Made by a program: the position numbers and the translations under genes. This document shows positions 9,821 through 18,115 of a stretch of DNA of 64,000 nt, piece after piece. The DNA comes from an uncultured Methylomirabilota bacterium. Its GTDB lineage: Bacteria; Methylomirabilota; Methylomirabilia; Methylomirabilales; 2-02-FULL-66-22. A model generated the notes under the pieces. It was not told where the DNA came from. It saw nothing but the letters and a program-made list of their open reading frames with translations, and did no database searches. The stretch is taken from assembly GCA_963705305.1 (NCBI GenBank), contig OY970067.1, positions 1,472,001 to 1,536,000 on the forward strand, in the 5' to 3' direction. Every line of letters begins with the position of its first letter. The first letter of the stretch is position 1.

Positions 9821-10198
9821 TCAGTCAATGCCGCGCAGCTCGGTGCGCTCCCGGGGGATGTCGTACAGCACGCGCAGGATCTGGCCGATGATCGCGGCGA
9901 CCCGGTCCTTCTCGGAAGCCGGGACACTCTGCTGGCGGGCGAATTCCACCAGCGCTCGCTTGGTCCGGAATCGCCGCTTGTCTTGCAGGGCGGCGGCCAG
10001 CTCCTCCCGGCTGAGGACGGTGATATCGAGGGGGGGAAGAGGCTCCGCGGGCTGCCGGGGCCGCCGGGCAGACTTGGGCCGTTCCACCCCCAGCGCCTTG
10101 AGCAGGTCCGCCAGGGGCAGGTCGGGTCCCTCCAGCAGGGTTGCGCGGAGCTTCCCCAGCCACTCGGCGAATTCGTGGGTGCGCATTCCTCCGGCCAT
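9821..10198 (-). CDS. Hypothetical basic, helical protein immediately downstream of parA
   Basis: ATG 1 nt after the parA stop, GGAGGG upstream, 125 aa. Confidence 0.7.
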   Translation of the reverse strand: MAGGMRTHEFAEWLGKLRATLLEGPDLPLADLLKALGVERPKSARRPRQPAEPLPPLDITVLSREELAAALQDKRRFRTKRALVEFARQQSVPASEKDRVAAIIGQILRVLYDIPRERTELRGID

Positions 10199-10199
10199 G

Positions 10200-11120
10200 T
10201 CACGTTCCCTCGGATGCGGCCAACCGATCCAAAAGCTCTTCGGTCGCCCGCCGAAACTGATCCTGGAGCGCCCTGACCTTCCGGTCCGGGGACACCGAGA
10301 TGGGGATCTTGCCCTCGGGGGCCTCCGAGACGGCGACGCTCTCCGTGATGAAGCGCCGGAACACCAGCCCCGTGCGCCCCGGGGTGTTGTGGACCCCCTG
10401 GATGGCCTGCTGCTGCACCTTGGGGAGCCGGAGCGGCGGCCCGAATTCCAGCACCCGCACGCGGTTGAACAGGATCCCCAGGAGCCTCGGCTCTTCGTAC
10501 ATCGCTCCAATCACCTCGAACGTCCGCCGCATGCCGGCCACGAACCGATCCACCTGACGCTGAATGAGGGCGATCCCCAGCGTCGAGAGGTAGTCGGGGA
10601 GCGTCGGGACGAGGTAGGCCCGGCTGGCGAAGAGGCCGTTCTGGGTCACTAGGCTGAAGTTGGGCGGACAGTCGCAGAGGATGAAGTCATACCGATCCTC
10701 GAGATCCGCCAGGTGGGCCTTCAGCATCGCCTGCGGTCCGAAGAGCCCCCGGTCGAAGCCGCTCGCGCCGGCCAGCCGCTCGTCGATGGTGACGAGCGAA
10801 AGGTGGGAGGGGAGGAGGTCCAGCCCCGGGATCGCCAGGCCCCCGGCGGCGACGTCCGAGACGATGGCCCGGTCGATCCTGAAGGTCTGCTTCCGGGCGA
10901 TGTAGTCCTCGAACAGATTCCGGAGGGAGCCCTTGCGCCGCACCCAGTCCACCCAGAACCCTTGCTCCAGCAGGTAGAAGGTGGCGTTGGTCTGGGGATC
11001 GAGGTCGATCAAGAGAACCTGTTTCCTGTGATAGGCGGCCAGGCAGACGGCGATCTCCACGGTGCAGGTGGTCTTGCCCACGCCGCCCTTGAAGTTAATG
11101 AAGCTGACGATCCGCGCCAT
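10200..11120 (-). CDS. ParA/Soj-family ATPase (orphan, no parB)
   Basis: Deviant Walker A FKGGVGKTT, LIDLDPQTNAT, DFILCDCPP. Confidence 0.9.
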   Translation of the reverse strand: MARIVSFINFKGGVGKTTCTVEIAVCLAAYHRKQVLLIDLDPQTNATFYLLEQGFWVDWVRRKGSLRNLFEDYIARKQTFRIDRAIVSDVAAGGLAIPGLDLLPSHLSLVTIDERLAGASGFDRGLFGPQAMLKAHLADLEDRYDFILCDCPPNFSLVTQNGLFASRAYLVPTLPDYLSTLGIALIQRQVDRFVAGMRRTFEVIGAMYEEPRLLGILFNRVRVLEFGPPLRLPKVQQQAIQGVHNTPGRTGLVFRRFITESVAVSEAPEGKIPISVSPDRKVRALQDQFRRATEELLDRLAASEGT

Positions 11121-11126
11121 GGCCGC

Positions 11127-12632
11127 TCAGCGCTTCTCGGGGGCGTATCGGTGGGCCCGGACCAGGATCCGGATCATGTCCTCGGCCGCCGCCAGGGCGT
11201 CGCTCTGCGGATTCTGCCACAGCGCCAGCTCCTTGGCGGTGAGCATCATCAGGTAGCGGAGCTGGGTCGCGGGGTCGTCCCGCGTGGCCCGGTAATCCGG
11301 ATGCAGTTCGTTCACCCGGATCACCCGGGCGACCGGATCGAGCTCGCTGCGGAGATGGCGCTTCTCTTCGGAAAAGGGGATCAGCTGCCAGCTCGGGAGC
11401 GGCCGGCGACGCTGGCGGGCCACGCCCGGCGCCTCCGAGTTGACCGTCTCGATGGCCGACCGGCCGGGGGCCTCGCCGGCCCGTTCCGGGCGCCCTCCGG
11501 GAGCCCCATTCCCTTCTATGCCGCCCGGTGCCGGCTCGCCGGCGGGGTCCGAGACCGGTCCCCGCAGCGGGTTCTCCACGTCCGCCAGGTCTCGCAGCAC
11601 CTGGGCGAAGATCTCGCGGAGCCGCAGGAACAGCTCGCGGTCCGTGCGCTCCTGGTGCTCTCTGGTGATGCGGGCCAGCTCCTCCCGCAGCCCCTCCTCT
11701 AGGTCGCGGAGGGCGGCCAGGAGGGCCGGGAAGCGCGCCGCGTCCCGCACCACGCTCTTCCGGCCGGTCGTCTGCTCTAGCGCCGGGAAGATCACCTCGC
11801 CCTGGATCTGGCCCGTATTCCAGGGGCTCCCGCTGAACTCGTCCAGGGCGGCGAGGTCGTCCAGGATGGTGGTCCCGCCATTCCCCACCAGGGAGACGCC
11901 CCGCCCCGCAGCCGGGGTGGGCCAGAGGAAGAGGTGGATCCGGATCTGTCCGTGGGGCGTCCGGACAGAAGCCGCCTCGAACTGAATCCCCTTGTAGATC
12001 TCCGGCCGGACGATGACGCTCTTGCGGCCCTCCAGCAGCTCGATGATGTAGTCGCCCGCGAGGAGCGCCTGCCGCCGCCGGAGTCGAAAGTACTCGGTCA
12101 GTTTGGGGATGGAGAGGACGCGCCAGGTGTCCTTCCCGATCCCTGTGAGGTAGACGTCCGTCCCCGGCTCGCTCCGCAGCCGCGCCGGCTCTTCGCCGAT
12201 CTCGCAGGTCTCGGCCCCGCGCCGCAGGCGCATCCGCCACGTGGCCGCTTCCCCCTCGTGGCGGGTGACGATGTCGCACTGCTCCGCGATGGATGCGAAG
12301 CCGAGGAGGCCGATGCCCTTTTCCCCGATGATGTGCTCGGCCTCCCGGGCCCGGGCCTTCTCCGACTCGCACAGGCTCCCCGCCACCTGCTCCAGGCGCT
12401 GGCGGGTCATGCCGCGCCCTTCGTCGGAGATGCGGATATGCGGATCGCGTCCGGCGCGGCGGAGCAGGATCCGGATGGTCCGGCCGGGAGGCCCCGCCTG
12501 CGCCTACTCGTCCGCCGCGTTCGAGACGAACTCGTTCAGCGCGTCGCGCGGATCGGCGTACACCTGGCCGAGATACAGAAGGTTCTTCGCCAGGCTGGCG
12601 ATGCGCAGGGGGATGGTTCGTGCCGTGCTCAC
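11127..12632 (-). pseudogene. GHKL (Hsp90/MORC-like) ATPase with an in-frame TAG at codon 43
   Basis: From GTG 12632: ...YADPRDALNEFVSNAADE*AQAG...ISDEGRGM...IGEKGIGLLG (N, G1, G2 boxes). TAG at 12506-12504; the frame is otherwise open for ~500 codons. Confidence 0.75.
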
Positions 12633-12779
12633 CTCGCGACCCCGTTGCGTGATCTTGTCCCACCGCGGCCCGCGGCTCGTGCCGAGACCATGGCGGCGGC
12701 TCCCTGTTTCCGCAACACGGAGGGGCCCGGAGAAACCATCTTTGGCTTGGATACGGCCCGCTGCCCCATGGCCATTCTC

Positions 12780-13010
12780 CTACTGGAAGAGACGCTCGAC
12801 GAGCGCCTCACGGCTCAAGCCATGGTGCTGCGCGATGTCTGCGAGGATGCCGATGCGCAGGGGGAAGTGACGAGGAATGGTGACGTGGTGTTCCTTGCCT
12901 GCCCGACTGGTTAGGCGCATGTGGCTCCCGGTCTAGCGGGTGACTTCGTACCCAAGAGCCTTCAAGGTGCGTGCGAGGTGTTCACCCGAGATGTCACGGG
13001 GAAGCCTCAT
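12780..13010 (-). pseudogene. hicA: HicA-family toxin interrupted by TAG at codon 26
   Basis: MRLPRDISGEHLARTLKALGYEVTR*TGSHMRL...HHVTIPRH..LRIG with the GSH motif. ATGA overlap with the upstream antitoxin. Confidence 0.8.
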
Positions 13011-13213
13011 ACGGCGATCACCTCTTCGCGAATGAAGTAGAGCCGAACGACCTTGGGCCTCTGGCCTTCATCGAAGTGGCATCGAACGGCATCGCGGACC
13101 TGGCTCTGCAGTTGCTCCAACGTGTCGGCCTCCGTGAAGATTGACGCGTTCAAGCCGCGTGCCGTGTCCCCCCCTTCGGGGGCTTCTTCCACGACAAAGA
13201 TCACTTCTTCCAT
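13007..13213 (-). CDS. Short HicB-like antitoxin
   Basis: MEEVIFVVEEAPEGG..ARG...SIFTEADTLEQL...VRDAVRCHF, coupled to hicA. Confidence 0.75.
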   Translation of the reverse strand: MEEVIFVVEEAPEGGDTARGLNASIFTEADTLEQLQSQVRDAVRCHFDEGQRPKVVRLYFIREEVIAV

Positions 13214-13384
13214 GCCGCAACCTCTTCCCGCGCCCGACCAGGACTTCGTGCGGCCGATTCTCGCGCGCTCCCCCGATTTCTGCAAGACTCGGCCATCTTC
13301 CCGGGACAAACCCCCCACCGGCCGTGAAGCTCCCGCGCGCCACCAAGCATCACGGGTTACGTTACCCCGAAGACCCGTTCGCCG

Positions 13385-13468
13385 CAAGACCGGAGTCGGC
13401 GCAGGAAGGTCCGGCCCGAAGGTCCGGTCTGAGTGTATCGCCCGCCGCGTTCGAGACGAACTCGAGCA
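13385..13468 (-). pseudogene. Degenerate second copy of the GHKL ATPase N-box segment
   Basis: 23-bp exact match (13442-13464 = 12512-12534) with further codon similarity (YTQTGPSGRT vs *AQAGPPGRT). Confidence 0.7.
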
Positions 13469-13597
13469 GGGCGTTTCGCGCTCAAGCGGGCTCCCGACTG
13501 CCTGCCCGAACTCGTGGAAGGAGTCGGCGGTCTCCCACCCCAGCTCTTTGAAGAGCGCAATCGCCGGCCGTTCGATCAGAGAGTTTTCCGAGTAGCC
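13469..13597 (-). pseudogene. hsdR: N-terminal scrap of a type I restriction subunit R
   Basis: GYSENSLIERPAIALFKELGWETADSFHEFG....LERET resembles HsdR N-termini; the rest of the gene is absent. Confidence 0.55.
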
Positions 13598-13629
13598 AGA
13601 TCCATCTCCAGCCACGAAGGACGCTCCCC

Positions 13630-13884
13630 CTAACCGATCATCTTGTCGTATTCGGCGTGGGTGCCAATCCAGAACCAAAGCACCCCGTCAGGCGCCTCGA
13701 CGCCGATCGCCCGGTGACGCATACCGACCCGGACCGACCAGAGGCTGCCAGCCTTCTTTAAATGGAGCGATGGATGGCGTGGGTCCGACTTCAGGAGAGC
13801 AAAAGACCTATCGGCGAGTTCCCGCACAGAGTCAGGCAAGGCGCGATATTGGGTCCAGAAGGCGGGGGAGGCGTGGTGCTTCAC
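13630..13884 (-). CDS. RelE/ParE-superfamily toxin
   Basis: 84 aa, FW..Y..LP...DPRHPSLHLKK...WSVRVG...RAIG...WFWIGTHAEYDK. Overlaps the antitoxin stop by 4 nt. Confidence 0.8.
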   Translation of the reverse strand: MKHHASPAFWTQYRALPDSVRELADRSFALLKSDPRHPSLHLKKAGSLWSVRVGMRHRAIGVEAPDGVLWFWIGTHAEYDKMIG

Positions 13885-14081
13885 AGCTCGGTGGATCGTC
13901 CGGCAGCGTGGTCTTGCAGTGCACGCTGTGCCAGAGAATCCAGCTTGCCGGCCTTGACGTCAGCTTCGAATTGCCGGTCCCAGGCTTCCGCATCAAATCG
14001 CGCGAACCACCGACGGAATACGGCTAGCTCGTCAGGTAAGAGGGCTTTGATCTGGCTCTCGATATCTTGCACCTTGCCCAC
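13881..14081 (-). CDS. Putative cognate antitoxin
   Basis: Small acidic protein upstream of the toxin with WDRQFEADVKAGKLDSLA. Confidence 0.7.
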   Translation of the reverse strand: MGKVQDIESQIKALLPDELAVFRRWFARFDAEAWDRQFEADVKAGKLDSLAQRALQDHAAGRSTEL

Positions 14082-14195
14082 GAGAAACCTCACTTGCGTA
14101 AGAAAGCCACAACAAAAGCGTACCGTCTGCCGTCCCAGGTGTCAACGCGAAAACCTTTTCGGAATTGGCTCTGGACGGCAAGAGCGACTCCCGTT

Positions 14196-14331
14196 TCACC
14201 AACCGAACTCCGTATGACACTTGTCCACCGGCGTCTTCAGCCCGCGGCGGATGGAGGCGCGCATTCCCGGCATGGAAAGCAGGTACAGGGTTTCCTGGAC
14301 GGCGCGCTTCGGTCACGGTCATGCTCGTCAT
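14196..14331 (-). pseudogene. Phd/YefM antitoxin with an out-of-frame internal deletion
   Basis: MTSMTVTEAR joined via GCGCGCC, out of frame, to VQETLYLLSMPGMRASIRRGLKTPVDKCHTEFGW*. Confidence 0.7.
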
Positions 14332-14441
14332 GGGAACCTTCTCCCGGCAATCTGCAAGCGTACGTAATACCGTAGGCCATCCGCTCGTTTTCTTCAAGCG
14401 CCATATTCGCCGGGGAATCCCGGCCCGCGTCACCCCGCCAG

Positions 14442-14468
14442 AAATAGGGGACGTAATTGACTAATAAG
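14442..14468 (-). repeat. Right arm of the island-bounding inverted repeat
   Basis: AAATAGGGGACGTAATTGACTAATAAG; see 9773-9800. Confidence 0.65.
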
Positions 14469-14592
14469 TTGACTAACTTGTCTCAAAGGCATCGGGCCGG
14501 CCGCGAGGGGTGGGGGCTGGAGACAAGTCCTCGGAAGGCTGCAAGGGGGGATAGCGGTGCCTGCGGTCGCTGCCGCGCGGGAGCGGGGCTTG

Positions 14593-14628
14593 ATAACGCT
14601 TGACGTTATTACCGTGCGGCGTTAGCAT
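14593..14628 (+). promoter_or_regulatory. Sigma70 promoter of higBA with an overlapping operator-like palindrome
   Basis: TTGACG(14600-14605)-17 nt-TAGCAT(14623-14628). ATAACG-N5-CGTTAT overlaps the -35. Confidence 0.7.
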
Positions 14629-14636
14629 CCTCTCCC

Positions 14637-14918
14637 ATGATCCGTAGCTTCCGGGATCCCGACACCGAGCGGACCTTCACCCGGGAGGGGTCGCGCAGAT
14701 TTCCGCCGGCCCTTCAGGGGGCGGCCTTGCGCAAGCTGGTGCTCCTCCACGGGGCCGTTACGCTTCGCGACCTGCGGATCCCCCCGGGCAACCGGCTGGA
14801 GAAGCTGCGCGGGAAGCGCACGGGGCAATACAGCATTCGGGTCAATGATCAGTATCGTATCTGTTTCGAGTGGCGGGACGGGGACGCCTATCGGGTGGAG
14901 GTCGCCGATTACCACTGA
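14637..14918 (+). CDS. higB: HigB-like toxin (RelE family)
   Basis: MIRSFRD...DLRIPPGNRLEKLRG.R.GQYSIRVNDQYRICF....DYH; toxin-first gene order. Confidence 0.92.
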   Translation: MIRSFRDPDTERTFTREGSRRFPPALQGAALRKLVLLHGAVTLRDLRIPPGNRLEKLRGKRTGQYSIRVNDQYRICFEWRDGDAYRVEVADYH

Positions 14919-14927
14919 GGAGGAGGC

Positions 14928-15233
14928 ATGCCGAGCAAGAAACTGGCCCCGGTCCACCCGGGGGAGATCCTGCTGGAGGAGTTTCTCAAGCCGATGGGCG
15001 TCTCGCAGTACCGGATCGCCGCGGCCATCGGGGTGCCGCCGCGCCGCATCAACGAGATCGTCCACGGCAAGCGGGCGATCACGGCCGACACGGCCCTGCG
15101 GCTGTCCCGCTACTTCGGCACCTCAGAGCCCTTCTGGATGAATCTGCAGGCGCACTACGACCTCGAGGTGCAGAAGGATCTCCTCGGGGATCGCCTCGCG
15201 CGGGAAGTCGTTCCTTTGGCGAAGGCGGGATGA
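14928..15233 (+). CDS. higA: HigA antitoxin (XRE HTH)
   Basis: PVHPGEILLEEFL...RINEIVHGKRAITADTALRL..YFGTS..FWMNLQ..YDL. Confidence 0.95.
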   Translation: MPSKKLAPVHPGEILLEEFLKPMGVSQYRIAAAIGVPPRRINEIVHGKRAITADTALRLSRYFGTSEPFWMNLQAHYDLEVQKDLLGDRLAREVVPLAKAG

Positions 15234-15374
15234 CGGCAGCGCAGGAAGCGCCCCCCACCAGGAACTCCCCGACGAAGCGTGAAGCGGACGTGAGGGCTTG
15301 TTTCCCCCGTTGACGTGCGCTCTCCCAGCCGGAGGGTTCCCGTCGATTCCTCCGTCGCGCCAGGCCCGGAAAGA

Positions 15375-15409
15375 CCAACGGGGGTCCCGTGATCCGGAAC
15401 CCCCGTTGG
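15375..15409. terminator. Stem-loop downstream of ppdK, between convergent genes
   Basis: CCAACGGGGG / CCCCCGTTGG stem. Confidence 0.55.
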
Positions 15410-15432
15410 CAAACTCTCGAGGAAACAGACGC

Positions 15433-18093
15433 TTACTTCTCGCCCATCTCCTTGACCTTGACCTTCTTCTTCAGGGTGGCCTGGGCTGCGGCCAGCTTGG
15501 CGATGGGGACGCGGTAGGGCGAGCAGCTCACGTAGTCCAGCCCGATCTGGTGGCAGAACTCGACCGAGCGGGGCTCGCCGCCGTGCTCGCCGCAGATCCC
15601 GATCTCCAGGCTCTTGCGGGACTTGCGGCCCCGCTCGATGCCGATCCGCATCAACTCGCCCACGCCCTCCTGGTCGATGCTGACGAAGGGGTCCTCGGCG
15701 TAGATCTTCCGCTCCACGTAGAGCGGGAGGAACTTGCCCGCGTCGTCGCGGGACAGCGCCAGGCAGGTCTGGGTGAGGTCGTTGGTGCCGAAGGAGAAGA
15801 ACTCGGCCTCCCGGGCGATCTGGTCCGCCACCAGGCAGGCCCGCGGGATCTCGATCATGGTGCCGATCATGTAACGGACCTTGACCCCGTACCGCTTCAT
15901 GGTCTCCTGGGCCACCCGTTCCACGATGTCCTTCTGGAGCTGGAACTCCTGGAGGGTGCCCACCAGCGGGATCATGACCTCGGGATAGGGGTTCTTCCCC
16001 TCCTTGCGGAGCTCGCAGGCGGCCTCGAAGATGGCCTGGGCCTGCATCTCGGTGATCTCGGGATACTCGATCCCCAGGCGGCAGCCGCGATACCCCAGCA
16101 TGGGATTGAACTCGTGCATGCTGGACACCTTGGCCTGCAGCCGCTCGGCCGGGATCCCCGTCTTCTCCACCAGCGCCTGGATGTCGGCCTCAGTCTTGGG
16201 CAGGAACTCGTGCAGCGGCGGATCCAGGGTACGGATCGTCACCGGGAGGTTGCCCATGATGTCCAGGATGGCCTTGAAGTCCTGCTTCTGCATGGGCAGG
16301 AGCTTGGCCAGGGCCCGCTTCCGGCCCTCCACGTCGCCGGCCAGGATCATCTCGCGGACCGCGTCGATGCGGTCGCCCTCGAAGAACATGTGCTCGGTCC
16401 GGGTCAGGCCGATCCCCTCGGCGCCGAATCGCCGGGTGACGCGGGCGTCGGTGGGAGTGTCGGCGTTGGTGCGGACCCCGATCTCGGCGAACTTGTCCGC
16501 CCAGGTCATGAGCGTGGAGAAGTCCCCGGACAGCTCGGGCTGGATCAGCTTCACCTCGCCCAGCATGACGTCGCCGGTGCCGCCGTCCAGGGTGATGTAG
16601 TCCCCACGCTGGATCTTGAGGTCCTTGGCGAAGAAGTAGCCGTGCTCCTCGTACACGGTGATGTCGCCCGAGCCGGCCACGCACGGCTTGCCCATGCCCC
16701 GCGCCACCACGGCGGCGTGGGAGGTCATGCCGCCCCGGGCCGTGAGGATGCCCTGGGCCGCGTGCATGCCGCCGATGTCCTCCGGCGAGGTCTCGGTCCG
16801 GACCAGCACCACCTTCTCCCCCTTGGCCGCCATCTCCTCGGCCTCGGCGGCGGTGAACACGGCCCGTCCGACGGCCGCGCCCGGGGAGGCCGGCAGCCCC
16901 TTGGCGATCTTCTGGGGCTTGGCGGCCGGGTCCACCCGGGGATGCAGCAACTGGTCGAGCTGCTCCGGCTGGACCCGCAGGACCGCCTCCGGCTGGCTGA
17001 TCAACCGCTCCTTCACCATGTCCACGGCGATCTTCACGGCCGCCGCCGCCGTGCGCTTGCCGACGCGGCACTGCAGCATGTACAGTTTGCCGTTCTGGAT
17101 GGTGAACTCGATGTCCAGCATGTCCCGGTAGTGCTTCTCGAGCCGCTGGTAGATCCGCTCCAGCTCGGCGTACACCTTGGGCAGGCCCTTCTTCAGCTCG
17201 CTGATGGGGACGGGGGTGCGCACGCCGGCCACCACGTCCTCCCCCTGGGCGTTCATGAGGTATTCGCCGAAGAAGCGGCGCTCGCCCGTGCCCGGATCGC
17301 GGGTGAAGGCGACGCCCGTCCCGGAGTTCTCCCCCATGTTGCCGAAGGCCATGGCCTGGACGTTGACGGCGGTGCCCCAGTTCCCCGGGATCTTGTTGAG
17401 CCGCCGGTAGGTGACGGCGCGGGGATTGTCCCAGGAGCCGAAGACCGCGTTGATGGCCAGCCGGAGCTGCTCCTTGGGATCCTGCGGGAACTCCTTCCCC
17501 GATTTTTCGCGCACGACCCGCTTGAACAGGCCCACCAGCTCCTTCAGGTCCTGCGCCGTCAGCTCGGTGTCCAGCTTCACCCGCTTCTCGTGCTTCTTGG
17601 CCTCCAGGATGCGCTCGAAGGCGGCCTTCTCGATGCCCAGCACCACGTCGCCGAACATCTGGATGAACCGCCGGTAGGAGTCATACGCAAAGCGCTCGTT
17701 CCCGGAGCGGGCGATGAGGCCCTGGAGGGAGGTGTCGTTCAACCCCAGGTTGAGGACCGTGTCCATCATCCCGGGCATGGACACCCGCGCCCCGGATCGG
17801 ACCGAGACCAGGAGCGGGTTCTTGGGATCCCCGAAGACGGCCCCCATGGCCTTTTCCAGCTTCTTCTGCGCCTCTTCCACCTGCTTCCACATGCCCTGCG
17901 GGTACTGCTTCTTGCCGCCGGTGTAAGCGATGCAGGCCTCGGTGGTGATCGTGAAGCCCGGGGGGACCGGGATCCCCAGCCGGGTCATCTCGTGCAGGTT
18001 GGCCCCCTTGCCGCCCAGGAGGTTCTTCTGTTCCGCCCGCCCCTCCGCCTTCTGGTTGCCGAAGAAGTACACCCACTTCTTTGCCGTCGCCAT
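15433..18093 (-). CDS. ppdK: Pyruvate, phosphate dikinase
   Basis: LLGGKGANL, PLLVSVRSGA, GGMTSHAAVVARG (phospho-His), FFSFGTNDLTQ, GICGEHGG. Confidence 0.98.
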   Translation of the reverse strand: MATAKKWVYFFGNQKAEGRAEQKNLLGGKGANLHEMTRLGIPVPPGFTITTEACIAYTGGKKQYPQGMWKQVEEAQKKLEKAMGAVFGDPKNPLLVSVRSGARVSMPGMMDTVLNLGLNDTSLQGLIARSGNERFAYDSYRRFIQMFGDVVLGIEKAAFERILEAKKHEKRVKLDTELTAQDLKELVGLFKRVVREKSGKEFPQDPKEQLRLAINAVFGSWDNPRAVTYRRLNKIPGNWGTAVNVQAMAFGNMGENSGTGVAFTRDPGTGERRFFGEYLMNAQGEDVVAGVRTPVPISELKKGLPKVYAELERIYQRLEKHYRDMLDIEFTIQNGKLYMLQCRVGKRTAAAAVKIAVDMVKERLISQPEAVLRVQPEQLDQLLHPRVDPAAKPQKIAKGLPASPGAAVGRAVFTAAEAEEMAAKGEKVVLVRTETSPEDIGGMHAAQGILTARGGMTSHAAVVARGMGKPCVAGSGDITVYEEHGYFFAKDLKIQRGDYITLDGGTGDVMLGEVKLIQPELSGDFSTLMTWADKFAEIGVRTNADTPTDARVTRRFGAEGIGLTRTEHMFFEGDRIDAVREMILAGDVEGRKRALAKLLPMQKQDFKAILDIMGNLPVTIRTLDPPLHEFLPKTEADIQALVEKTGIPAERLQAKVSSMHEFNPMLGYRGCRLGIEYPEITEMQAQAIFEAACELRKEGKNPYPEVMIPLVGTLQEFQLQKDIVERVAQETMKRYGVKVRYMIGTMIEIPRACLVADQIAREAEFFSFGTNDLTQTCLALSRDDAGKFLPLYVERKIYAEDPFVSIDQEGVGELMRIGIERGRKSRKSLEIGICGEHGGEPRSVEFCHQIGLDYVSCSPYRVPIAKLAAAQATLKKKVKVKEMGEK

Positions 18094-18115
18094 GGAGCCC
18101 TCCGATTCTTTCCCC

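Noticed and set aside
12470..13468. Diversity-generating retroelement TR/VR pair
   Set aside because: Differences between the copies are not adenine-specific, include an indel, and no reverse transcriptase is in the window.
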